IMG/VR virus record: IMGVR_UViG_3300045988_154248
DNA length: 64,000 nt
Strand: one strand, 5' to 3'
From: a virus
Made by a program: the position numbers and the translations under genes. This document shows positions 37,860-47,077 of this stretch, in pieces (the stretch's first letter is position 1; every line of letters begins with the position of its first letter). The notes under the pieces are model-generated. The model was not told the origin of the DNA. It ran no database searches and saw only the letters and a list, made by a program, of their open reading frames with translations.

Positions 37860-38771
37860 GTGATTACTATTTATACTTTAATTCAAGAATCTGTTACTGG
37901 TCTAAATGGCGAAAAAGTAACTTGTGGACATCTCAGCTGTAATGAAAAAAGCACACTACGTTTAAATGATGTTCTTCGGAATTCAGGAGATTATACATTC
38001 CAGATGAAAATCAAGGCGAAAGCTGCATCTACTGTTCAACTAAGTATTGGGACATTAACAGAAAACTTTTCAGTCACTACTTCTTTTCAACAATTTAATA
38101 GAGTATGCAAAAATATCAACACTGCTACACATAAATATATCGAAATCACATTTCCTTCAGGTGATTATTGGTTCTACAATATGCAACTTGAAATGGGAAA
38201 CCTCCCAACTGCTTGGTCTTTATGCTTAGACGATTTAAACGATGCAATTGGAGCGCAATCTACATGGATCGAACAGACTACGCAAAAAATAAGTTTGTTT
38301 GCACAAAAAAATGATGTAAACGAAGCAAAGGCTGAAATGAGGGTCGAAGCAGATGGAATGATTTCAGAAGCTTTAAAATCTTATGTTACAAGTGATGATT
38401 TTGGAGACTATAAAACAGAAACAAAAACAAGATTTGAACAAACGGATAACCAGTTCGGATTTTATGTACAAAAAGATACATATGACGGGCTGAACAGTAC
38501 AGTCAATAATTTGAAATCGAATCAGGAAAATTATTTTCAATTTGATGCAAATGGTTTAAAAATAGGAAAGAAAAATAATCCATACCAGGTTGTTATAGAT
38601 AATGAAAAATATCAGATGTTAGGAAATGGACAGCCACTTATGTACATTCAATATGGTGAGCTTAACATTCCTGATGTTATTATTACCCATCAGCTTAGAA
38701 TGTTAGGATATTCTTTTACTCTTGATTCAGCTGGAAATACGAATTGTCAGTTTGTCGGAACGGGAGGTTGA
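37860..38771 (+). CDS. tail/baseplate protein (303 aa)
   Basis: AAGGAGGTGAT SD overlaps the GTG at 37860. N-terminal beta-rich domain, then a coiled segment. Co-oriented with the downstream fibre-like gene. Confidence 0.5.
   Translation: MITIYTLIQESVTGLNGEKVTCGHLSCNEKSTLRLNDVLRNSGDYTFQMKIKAKAASTVQLSIGTLTENFSVTTSFQQFNRVCKNINTATHKYIEITFPSGDYWFYNMQLEMGNLPTAWSLCLDDLNDAIGAQSTWIEQTTQKISLFAQKNDVNEAKAEMRVEADGMISEALKSYVTSDDFGDYKTETKTRFEQTDNQFGFYVQKDTYDGLNSTVNNLKSNQENYFQFDANGLKIGKKNNPYQVVIDNEKYQMLGNGQPLMYIQYGELNIPDVIITHQLRMLGYSFTLDSAGNTNCQFVGTGG
37863..37872 (-). repeat. outermost crossover-like site K, overlapping the translation start region of the next gene
   Basis: ggtgATTACTATTTAtac is identical over 11 nt to sites E and I. 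Read from the fibre frame it gives only NSNHLLSD*. Confidence 0.4.
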
Positions 38772-38774
38772 TAA

Positions 38775-40619
38775 ATGGGATCATTTTCTACAAACGCTTA
38801 TGGTGAAGGTCGTTATTATACCTTTACATATTCTACAAGCCAGGATCAAGTCAAAAACACAACAACTTTAAACTGGACGTTATCGTGTGCAGGTGGTGTA
38901 TCTTGGTATGCTGAAAGAACTTTAATTCTAACAATTGATGGAAGTAATGTCGTAAGCAAAACAGATCGTGTAGCTCGTTATGCAGGAAATATCGCGTCAG
39001 GTTCTAAAACATTTACACACGATGCAAATGGAAATAAATCTATTTCGGTAAAAATTCAAGCAGCTGTTGAGACTTCAAGTATCACATGTTCTGGTAGTTC
39101 CACTATTACTTTTCCACAGATTAAAAGGAAATCAACTTTTGGAACTGTAAGTGGAAATACAATTGGCGGTACAGTAACGATTAATATTAATAGAAACAAT
39201 TCTTCATTTACACATTCTCTTTGGTATAAAGTTAAAGAAAATGGAAGTTGGGTTGAGGCGGTTAAAAACGTAGCAACTTCTGGCTCCTTTACTCTTCCAA
39301 TGTCTATTTGTTCGAGTATACCAAATGATAATAGTGTGTATATCGGCTTATGTATTCAGACATTTAACGGAAGTACGGAGATAGGAAACTCCTACTCCTC
39401 TATTACTGCTTATGTTCCATTATCTGCTGCACCAACAGTATCATTTACATTAAGCGATAATAAAGGATATTCTGGTACATATGGTGGATATGTACAAAAC
39501 AACTCTGCATTACATATAGCCACTACAGCCACAGCAAATAATTCTGCGACTATCAAAACAATCACAGTTAAAGCCACCATTAGTGGAACTACGTATACAT
39601 ATTATGGAAGTAGTGTTAATATATCTCTTCCAACATCCGGTACTTGGACAATATCCGTTTCTGCTACGGATAGCAGAGGAAAATCAACAACAGCGGCTTC
39701 TCAATCAATTACAGTTCTCGCATATAGCAATCCAACAATTACAGCTTTATCGGCAAGACGAACGGATTCTTCTGGAAATGCAACATCAAACGGCTCATAT
39801 TTACAAGTTATATTCTCAGCCACTGCAACAAGTCTGAATAGTAAAAACACAACAACGTTTCAGATAAAATATAAAAAGAAAAGCGTTTCTTCTTACACTT
39901 CCGCCACCCTATCTTCTTATCAAAATAAATATTCAGTTTCTGGTGGTTCATATATTTTCCAAGCAGAAACATCTTCTGGTTATGATATTCAATTAGTTGT
40001 CACAGATAAATTCAAAACAGTAATTTCTCAAACAACTGGTAATTCCGTTTCAAAGGTATTCTCTTTCTTTAAAAACGGATTAGGTATAGCTTTTGGAAAA
40101 GTTGCTGAAGCTGAGGCTATTGCCGAATTTGATTGGAAAATCAAAGCGAATAAAGGATTAACAGTCAGTGGAACCGATATTAATGTGTTAATTAATAATG
40201 CCGTACAGAAATTATATCCTGTAGGGCATATTTTAATGTCTACCAATTCTGCCAATCCATCTACTTATTTAGGTTTTGGAACTTGGGTTGCATGGGGATC
40301 TGGACGAGTACCTGTCGGTGTCAATTCTTCTGACACTGATTTTAGTACAGTAGAGAAAACAGGTGGTGCAAAAACTGTTAATGTATCACACTATCATACT
40401 GAATCAATCGGAGCAGATTCTGGTTATATGTATTTGTCTGCTGGAGCGAACGGTGGTTTGTTTGGATCAGGAGTAAGATCCAATGTTGGGAACATGAGCT
40501 GGAAAGGAACTGTCAATACTAGTGCTGTGCGTTTAAATAATACTAATACAGCTGGAAGTACGACATTAAATAACTTGCAGCCATACGTAACATGTTACAT
40601 GTGGAAAAGGACTGCATAG
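38775..40619 (+). CDS. tail fibre/baseplate protein (DUF859-like N-terminus, tail-collar-like C-terminus)
   Basis: N-terminus ...YYTFTYSTSQDQVKNTTTLNWTLSCAGG..YAERTLILTIDG resembles siphovirus DUF859. C-terminus LYPVGHILMSTNSANPSTYLGFGTWVAWGSGRVPVG...LQPYVTCYMWKRTA fits the phage tail-collar pattern. Confidence 0.6.
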   Translation: MGSFSTNAYGEGRYYTFTYSTSQDQVKNTTTLNWTLSCAGGVSWYAERTLILTIDGSNVVSKTDRVARYAGNIASGSKTFTHDANGNKSISVKIQAAVETSSITCSGSSTITFPQIKRKSTFGTVSGNTIGGTVTININRNNSSFTHSLWYKVKENGSWVEAVKNVATSGSFTLPMSICSSIPNDNSVYIGLCIQTFNGSTEIGNSYSSITAYVPLSAAPTVSFTLSDNKGYSGTYGGYVQNNSALHIATTATANNSATIKTITVKATISGTTYTYYGSSVNISLPTSGTWTISVSATDSRGKSTTAASQSITVLAYSNPTITALSARRTDSSGNATSNGSYLQVIFSATATSLNSKNTTTFQIKYKKKSVSSYTSATLSSYQNKYSVSGGSYIFQAETSSGYDIQLVVTDKFKTVISQTTGNSVSKVFSFFKNGLGIAFGKVAEAEAIAEFDWKIKANKGLTVSGTDINVLINNAVQKLYPVGHILMSTNSANPSTYLGFGTWVAWGSGRVPVGVNSSDTDFSTVEKTGGAKTVNVSHYHTESIGADSGYMYLSAGANGGLFGSGVRSNVGNMSWKGTVNTSAVRLNNTNTAGSTTLNNLQPYVTCYMWKRTA

Positions 40620-40847
40620 TTATTGTGGTTTATTTAGATACCATTTCATTTCGTTCCAATAATACATTAATTGGATTTGATATGATTGATCTTCGATTTC
40701 ACATTTACATACAAAGCAAATATGAGAAATATATTTATTTTGTGAAATCAAATTCACTGGAATTGCTCCATAATCTTTGTAACGAAAATATAATGGGATA
40801 ATCTTCCCGTTGGTATCAAACGATGCAATAACTGGTATAGAAATCAT
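40620..40847 (-). CDS. small opposite-strand protein (moron-like)
   Basis: AAAGGAG SD then ATG 40847 (MISIPVIASFDTNGK...). The longer track ORF has no SD. Confidence 0.4.
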   Translation of the reverse strand: MISIPVIASFDTNGKIIPLYFRYKDYGAIPVNLISQNKYISHICFVCKCEIEDQSYQIQLMYYWNEMKWYLNKPQ

Positions 40848-40978
40848 ATTATAACTCCTTTGTTTATATGTAAAATCAGATATTTGAAAATATTTTACTA
40901 CCATTATAACAGAAAAGAATGTTAATGTCTCTATTATGATAACTTCAGTTATTGCATAACTTAATAAAAGGAGAACAT

Positions 40979-41923
40979 ATGAATACGCAAATTTTAAGAT
41001 TGCCGAATGGCACAACAAAAAATATGTATGTATATCTTATTGGTGAAGATGAAAGTACAATTCAATTTATTGACCAAGACTATGCCGACATAAAACAATT
41101 TTTTGGAACAGAAATTATTGATTATATAGATATTGTTGACGAAGACAATAAACTTCTTGATTCTTTTAACATTTATCAAAAAGTATCTTCTATCATATGT
41201 ACTACGGATGTAGTTACAGAATATGAGCCACGTTTGGTACAAGAAGCATATGATGAAACAGTAACAGACAAAAATGAAGAAACGGATACAATTACAGAAA
41301 CAGTTATTCATCATGATGCGATATATCAGGATGTAGCAAAATACAGAACTACAGATGTGATTATTGTAAAATTAGCAAAACCGTCTATTCGTGAAGAAGT
41401 TGAAAATATCAAATCTGTTGTTGGTATCGTAAATACCAATAGCATGAGCCTTGAAGAGTTTCGTGATTATTATAAGGAACAAATCGGCAAACAATGTACT
41501 GCTGCTATTGAGAGTGGATTAGCTATCGAAACGAGTCTAGGAAAGCAACACTTTTCGTATACTATTGAAGATCAGAGTAATATGAAAGATCTTGTTATGA
41601 CGGCTGAATTGACGGATTTTACTCTTCCACTTCCTTATCATGCAAATGGCGAACTTTGTGCTTTATATCAACCTACGGACATTTTAAAAATTTATATGTC
41701 TTTAAGTGCTAATAAAACATATCATACAACATATTGCAATGTGTTAAACGCAATGATTAAAGATGCGAAAGATATTGAGTCTATTAAAAAGATTACATAT
41801 GGTATGGAAATTACGGATGAGAAATATACAGATATTATCAAGACGGTGACTGATTCAAAAGACGCTCTGCTTGCAGCAGTTGAAAAGAAACTTGAGTCTC
41901 TCACTAAAACGGACGTTGCATGA
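40979..41923 (+). CDS. hypothetical tail-module protein (DUF4376/XkdW-like C-terminal region, from memory)
   Basis: AAAGGAGAA SD then ATG 40979. Acidic, 314 aa. Confidence 0.45.
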   Translation: MNTQILRLPNGTTKNMYVYLIGEDESTIQFIDQDYADIKQFFGTEIIDYIDIVDEDNKLLDSFNIYQKVSSIICTTDVVTEYEPRLVQEAYDETVTDKNEETDTITETVIHHDAIYQDVAKYRTTDVIIVKLAKPSIREEVENIKSVVGIVNTNSMSLEEFRDYYKEQIGKQCTAAIESGLAIETSLGKQHFSYTIEDQSNMKDLVMTAELTDFTLPLPYHANGELCALYQPTDILKIYMSLSANKTYHTTYCNVLNAMIKDAKDIESIKKITYGMEITDEKYTDIIKTVTDSKDALLAAVEKKLESLTKTDVA

Positions 41924-42396
41924 TGAGGAAATTAAATCGTATATTTTCTAAAATTCTATGTCATATCTTTATTTTTCTCCTTTCTGGAACAGTCTATTAT
42001 GGAATGGAAATCTTATTTAAAAAATCTCATACATCACATTGGTCTATGTTCTTACTCGCAGGTTTTGCGGGTTTATTTTTTATTGATGGATTAAATGACT
42101 TATTTTCATTCGAAATGGATTACTTGCTGCAAATTTTAATCTGTACTATTGCTATCACGGCAGGTGAATATGTAGTCGGTATTACTCTTAATCAGAATTA
42201 TACTATATGGGATTACAGAAACATGCCATTTAACATTAGTGGACAAGTATGTCTGCCGTTTTGTTTTATATGGATGTTTTTGTCTGCGATTTTTATTCCA
42301 TTTTTAGACTGGGTAGAATGGGCAATCTTTGATCATAAACAATCTGAAAAACCTTATTATAAGATTTTCGGAAAAACAGTTTTTACATTTAAATAA
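41920..42396 (+). CDS. multi-pass membrane protein upstream of the endolysin (holin-like or accessory)
   Basis: Start overlaps the previous stop (ATGA). Four hydrophobic helices. Resembles DUF1113/CmpB-like membrane proteins often found next to clostridial lysins, from memory. Confidence 0.5.
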   Translation: MMRKLNRIFSKILCHIFIFLLSGTVYYGMEILFKKSHTSHWSMFLLAGFAGLFFIDGLNDLFSFEMDYLLQILICTIAITAGEYVVGITLNQNYTIWDYRNMPFNISGQVCLPFCFIWMFLSAIFIPFLDWVEWAIFDHKQSEKPYYKIFGKTVFTFK

Positions 42397-42452
42397 TTTG
42401 ATGGGAGGTATCTATATTGGCATCTCCCATTTTTTATGTTGGAGGTGATTTT

Positions 42453-44210
42453 GTGACAGAAAAAGAATTCGTTGAAAAAATAGGTAAGCTTGCCGCCGAA
42501 GATATGAAGACAAGTGGAATTTTAGCATCAGTTACTACTGCCCAGGCTTGCTTGGAATCTGGATACGGAACAACAGAATTGGCAAAGAATGCAAATAATT
42601 TATTCGGAATGAAAACAAGTCTCTCTGGTAACACATGGACTTCTGCTTGGGATGGAAAGAGTAAATATACGAAGAAAACAAATGAGCAAACCAAAGATGG
42701 GAAAGTTTATGTTGTAACTGCTGATTTTCGAAAGTATGCAGATATCCTGACTAGTATCAAAGACCATTCCTATTATCTCAATGGAGCGATGAATGGAAAA
42801 GTAAAAAGATATGCGGGTTTATCTGGTTGCAAAGACTACAAAACAGCAACGCAGATCATAAAAAATGGTAGATATGCAACAGATGTTAAATATGTAGATA
42901 AAATTTGTAGTTTGATCGAACGATGGGATTTAACTCGTTTTGATAAACTCGGAAGGGAGAATTCGAATATGAATATTATTGACGTTACAAATGCAAGCAG
43001 ACCTTATGTCCCACAATGGGGAAATCAAAAACAATATATTGTAGTTCATTATCTTGGAGTAGCAGGGCAAAATAATAAAATTAATTCAGATGGATGTGGC
43101 GCGCATTACTATATTTATTGGGATGGTACGATTTATAAAGCAGCAGACCATAATGCTATCCTTTGGCAAGTAGGCACTGCAGGATACTATACTCAAAAAC
43201 ATCCATATGCAAGGAATAGTAACTGTATCGGAATCGAGATGTGTCCTAAGTGTGATGGATCTGGAAAATATGCAGAAGATCCAACATGGTATTTTACAGA
43301 AGCAACGCAAAATGCTTGCGTACAATTAGTAAAATATTTGATGGGACAACTTGGTGTAGGTGCGGATCATGTACTTAGACATTATGATGTTGTTAACAAA
43401 TATTGTCCTGCTCCATATGTTACTAACAATAAATATAAAACTTCTTGGACATGGAGCGAATTTAAAGCAAAGCTAGGTTCTACTTCTACTCCTACTGTTG
43501 CACCGTCCACACCAGCACAAACAAAAACATATAAAGTTGGTATGTATAAGGTAAATTGTGATCTTCATATCAGATCGGATGCAACTGTTAATTCAAAAGT
43601 TGTCAATACTATTCGAGATCGTGGCGAGTATACTATAACAGAGATTAAGAATAATTGTTGGGGTAAACTAAAATCTGGAGCTGGCTGGATCAATGTTTCG
43701 GATGAATATTGTACGTATGTTGGTGTAGTAGCCACTGCAAATAAACCAGTGCCTAAACCAACCGTAAAGCCAGCTACACCTGTATACAAAGTAGGAAAAT
43801 ATAAAGTTAATTGTGATGCTTTAACAATTAGAAGCGATGCATCCAGCAAGGCAAGCGCAACTGGAAGCATTCGTGACAAAGGAACTTATAATATCACTGA
43901 AATCAAAAATACATACTGGGGTAAGCTAAAATCAGGTGCAGGTTGGATTTGCATTGACAAAGATTTTTGTACCTATGTCGGTGTTTTGGATAAGCATAGC
44001 ACTGTTGTAAATAAAGAATTTCAAATTGCAGTTAAGGAAAATGGCATCAGAGTTCGTGCTTCTGCTGGTCTAAGCGCTAGAATTGCTATTGGTTCTTGCC
44101 CTATTGGAACATATACTATCACAGAAACAAAAACTGCTGATGGATATACATGGGGTAAATTGAAATCTGGTGCAGGATGGATAGCAATTGAATGCTGTGT
44201 TAGATTATAA
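42453..44210 (+). CDS. bifunctional endolysin: glucosaminidase + N-acetylmuramoyl-L-alanine amidase + three SH3 repeats
   Basis: GGAGGTGAT SD then GTG 42453. AQACLESGYGTTELAKNANNLFGMK (glucosaminidase). IVVHYLGVAG...GIEMC...LRHYDVVNKYCPAPY (amidase_2). Three repeats of YKV..(Y)KVNCD.L.IRSDA...WGKLKSGAGWI. Confidence 0.85.
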   Translation: MTEKEFVEKIGKLAAEDMKTSGILASVTTAQACLESGYGTTELAKNANNLFGMKTSLSGNTWTSAWDGKSKYTKKTNEQTKDGKVYVVTADFRKYADILTSIKDHSYYLNGAMNGKVKRYAGLSGCKDYKTATQIIKNGRYATDVKYVDKICSLIERWDLTRFDKLGRENSNMNIIDVTNASRPYVPQWGNQKQYIVVHYLGVAGQNNKINSDGCGAHYYIYWDGTIYKAADHNAILWQVGTAGYYTQKHPYARNSNCIGIEMCPKCDGSGKYAEDPTWYFTEATQNACVQLVKYLMGQLGVGADHVLRHYDVVNKYCPAPYVTNNKYKTSWTWSEFKAKLGSTSTPTVAPSTPAQTKTYKVGMYKVNCDLHIRSDATVNSKVVNTIRDRGEYTITEIKNNCWGKLKSGAGWINVSDEYCTYVGVVATANKPVPKPTVKPATPVYKVGKYKVNCDALTIRSDASSKASATGSIRDKGTYNITEIKNTYWGKLKSGAGWICIDKDFCTYVGVLDKHSTVVNKEFQIAVKENGIRVRASAGLSARIAIGSCPIGTYTITETKTADGYTWGKLKSGAGWIAIECCVRL

Positions 44211-44354
44211 TAAATACATGCGTGAAATAAGAAAAGCCACCCTCATCAGGCAGCCAGAAAAGAAATTTTTCTTTTTTCACCATCATATGAAACAACCGTT
44301 TCATCAGTGCAAAAATAGTATATCATATAAGATAAAATGATGCAATAATTTTAT

Positions 44355-44392
44355 GGGGAATATCAATTAATTTTGGTATTCCCCATTTTTTT
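44355..44392 (+). terminator. terminator hairpin (possibly bidirectional)
   Basis: GGGGAATA ... TATTCCCC stem followed by ATTTTTTT. It abuts the tniQ stop codon. Confidence 0.55.
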
Positions 44393-45875
44393 ACGCTTTT
44401 TTATTATTTTTCTGTATTTTTAGATACGTTTCAGGATATCTGTATTGTAGTATATTCATGGCTTTTATCATATTTTTTTCTATTACGTGTACCATACCCT
44501 TTAATTCGCTATATGAAATATAATCGCTGTCAATTTGATCGACAATATATTTTATTTTATCGACCCAATAATCCTCTATTGGTTTTTCTTTTGTTTTAAT
44601 ATACTTATAGCATTGTGGCATATAATAAAAATCATTTCTTCTGATGTCTTGACAAATTTGTTGCATGAAAGCATTAAATCCTCCTACAGTTAATCTTCTA
44701 ACTTTGTCAGAATTCTTAAAATATAAGTCAATATAATATTCAATTTTAGGATAATACTTTTTATCTAATTCAGAATACCTCTTTCCTTTAGGCGGTATAT
44801 TCCTACTGCTACTATGTGCATAATTTTGGCTTATTATTTTTTGTTTTTCAACTTCATATTGACCGTTAATTATTTTACTTACATTACAAGGTAAAATATG
44901 ATATTGTTTTGCAAGCTTGTTTATGCCGTTATCTTTTGTATACTCTGATCGAATTCTTTCGACTAATTCCGAATCAATTTGTTTCGCCGTTTTGCATACA
45001 AAAATATCAGATATTTGTATATCTAAAAATAATAATATATGAATTGTTCTAAGTGGATTCGCTTTATTTGAAAATATATCTTGCATTTTCTTAATCTGAG
45101 AATTCTTTTCTATACTATTCTCTAACAAGTATTGTTCAAAATCATTAATAAATGCTGACTTATGTTGTAGCCACGAAAGTTGATTTATATACCGTTTTTG
45201 AATTAATTTTTTATAGAATACATCAAACATCGTAATACCGTTTTTAAGACTCTGTTTTCTTACTACTAATTGATATAGGTATTTTGCGGTATTTATTTCA
45301 CCGATGGTTCCCATATTATACGAATAATCATCATCAATACAATTTTCAGCTGCATGAAAATTAATTATTCTTGAATTATTAACATTAATTGACGAATCTT
45401 TAAGTTTACATCCGTGAATTACACAAACATTAATTTCTGGAATTTGATGAAAAGCATTCCAATATGTTTCGTGATATTGCTCTCTATTTTCTTTTGCACA
45501 TAATGGACAATATTTTAGAAATATTTTTTGATGTTTATGTTTTGGTCTTAATGGAAGATATTCTGTAAAACTCTTGTCATTTGATATGAACTTTCTCAAC
45601 GCATCTTCTTTGTTTGATTTGTTTAAAAATAAAGACCAATAGAAAAACATAGTGTGATTATAATATAAATCATTAACTATATAATTTTTCGACATAAAGG
45701 AATACAATGTGTCACTCGGTTCATTCACATAAAATATTTCGATGTATTCATGCGGTTGTTTAAACACGATTTCTTTAAAAGATTGATTATTCTGTACATT
45801 TATATCTTGTTTCAATCTTGAATACACGCTATAGAATAATTCATGTTCATATATTTTTGGAAAGTAATTTATCAT
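44391..45875 (-). CDS. tniQ: TniQ/TnsD-family target selector
   Basis: N-terminal FPKIYEHELFYSVYSRL (TniQ signature). Zn motif CPLCAKEN...CVIHGC. C-terminal HTH-like GINKLAKQYHILPCNVSKII. Start overlaps the tnsC stop. Confidence 0.75.
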   Translation of the reverse strand: MINYFPKIYEHELFYSVYSRLKQDINVQNNQSFKEIVFKQPHEYIEIFYVNEPSDTLYSFMSKNYIVNDLYYNHTMFFYWSLFLNKSNKEDALRKFISNDKSFTEYLPLRPKHKHQKIFLKYCPLCAKENREQYHETYWNAFHQIPEINVCVIHGCKLKDSSINVNNSRIINFHAAENCIDDDYSYNMGTIGEINTAKYLYQLVVRKQSLKNGITMFDVFYKKLIQKRYINQLSWLQHKSAFINDFEQYLLENSIEKNSQIKKMQDIFSNKANPLRTIHILLFLDIQISDIFVCKTAKQIDSELVERIRSEYTKDNGINKLAKQYHILPCNVSKIINGQYEVEKQKIISQNYAHSSSRNIPPKGKRYSELDKKYYPKIEYYIDLYFKNSDKVRRLTVGGFNAFMQQICQDIRRNDFYYMPQCYKYIKTKEKPIEDYWVDKIKYIVDQIDSDYISYSELKGMVHVIEKNMIKAMNILQYRYPETYLKIQKNNKKA

Positions 45876-47077
45876 AATTCTACCTCTTCTACAGTAAAAG
45901 TATTTTTAATAAGAGTTAAAAGATTACAATTATTAGACTGCGAATGATCATACAAATTCGCAATACTAATTCCGTCTGGATGTTTAATTATTATATTTTC
46001 AACGGGTTTCTTCATGGACGATTTAATCTTTTTTTGTATTCTTTCTGGATGCATGGACGCCGTTTCATTATATGATGCATTGAAAATATTAATGTTTAAT
46101 TCTTCTGTGCCACTCATAATAGCTAGTTCTTGAGCCTTGTAGAATAGCGATACAACCGTTGACGTTACTCCATTAGAATGTGAATATAACCAATTTATAA
46201 GCTTCTCAGATGGTTCTGTATACTGCTGTACATATTGAAAATGCAACAACTTATTACAGAAATGTATAAAAGCATCATCGTAATCCGTTTGTAGATATCG
46301 CAATCCAATTGTCCTTCTCTCTAAATGAGGAGCGCTTTCGAACCAATGCAAACATTCCGGTGTTCCCACCATACAGATACTAATTCCGCTGCTATTGATG
46401 ATTTGTGTCAACGATCCAATAAGCTTTTCGCCATTTTTATTGTTGACAACATTCTGAATTTCGTCAACAATTAATACGCCAACATGATTTAAACATATTT
46501 GACTAACAAAACCAATCAGTCTATCTATTGTATATCGTTGTGCTATTTGCAAATAATCTCCGTCTAGTGTAGCATCAAGAATACGAACAATTTCTAATAA
46601 CAGACTTTTTACAGATGAGTCAAATGGGCATTGTACGAGTATAAATGGAGCAATTCTTTGGTACGGATCAGTTGTTTCAATAAATTTGTTTCCAGAAATC
46701 AATGATATTGCTCTGGTAATAGCACTACTCTTCCCTATGCCAGAAACTCCAATGATTGTAAACGAATCAGCACCACCTATAATACCATTATACGTTTGTA
46801 TGGTGTTTGTTGTATTTTCGATTCTTTGCTGTTTTACCATCATATCATTTTCTTTTTTCTTAATCGACCTGAGTAATGCCATATACAATTTATTATATAC
46901 ATCAACAGATAATTGTGATGGAATATAAATATCATATAATTCTGATAACGCCAGAAGACGAGTTGGCATTGTTTCATTGGCAATGTTTATATTATAGTTT
47001 GGTAATATCTGCAATTGATTTATCAGCTTATCGCCACATAAAAAATCAGGCAATTGTGAAAGTAATTTACCGTTCAT
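45872..47077 (-). CDS. tnsC: TnsC/TniB-like AAA+ ATPase
   Basis: Walker A GVSGIGKSS, Walker B VLIVDEIQ. ATGA overlap with the tnsB stop. Confidence 0.8.
   Translation of the reverse strand: MNGKLLSQLPDFLCGDKLINQLQILPNYNINIANETMPTRLLALSELYDIYIPSQLSVDVYNKLYMALLRSIKKKENDMMVKQQRIENTTNTIQTYNGIIGGADSFTIIGVSGIGKSSAITRAISLISGNKFIETTDPYQRIAPFILVQCPFDSSVKSLLLEIVRILDATLDGDYLQIAQRYTIDRLIGFVSQICLNHVGVLIVDEIQNVVNNKNGEKLIGSLTQIINSSGISICMVGTPECLHWFESAPHLERRTIGLRYLQTDYDDAFIHFCNKLLHFQYVQQYTEPSEKLINWLYSHSNGVTSTVVSLFYKAQELAIMSGTEELNINIFNASYNETASMHPERIQKKIKSSMKKPVENIIIKHPDGISIANLYDHSQSNNCNLLTLIKNTFTVEEVEL

Larger units (their letters stand above)
32657..37872. other. multi-inversion (shufflon-type) region: 13 crossover sites, 12 alternative fibre C-termini, internal recombinase
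   Basis: Core AAATAGTAA(G/A/T), usually preceded by TT. Plus orientation at 32657-32666 and 32932-32941. Minus orientation at 35257-66, 35515-24, 35825-34, 36095-104, 36413-22, 36670-79, 36966-75, 37273-82, 37581-90, 37732-41 and 37863-72. Confidence 0.75.

Noticed and set aside
34957-37872. Cassette array interpreted as an integron or as a CRISPR array
   Set aside because: The repeats are only ~12 bp, lack attC-like imperfect palindromes, and are not regularly spaced (50-310 bp units). Every unit is an in-frame protein-coding continuation of the fibre constant region. Two oppositely oriented copies lie in the expressed gene. No Cas or IntI-specific features are present.
44196-44215. TGTGTTAGATTATAATAAATA at the endolysin stop as the missing Tn7-like left tip (compare the right tip TGTGTAATGATAAATATT)
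   Set aside because: The similarity is weak. No internal inverted TnsB-site-like repeats follow it. The 5-bp flanks (AATGC versus TCCCC) do not form a target-site duplication.
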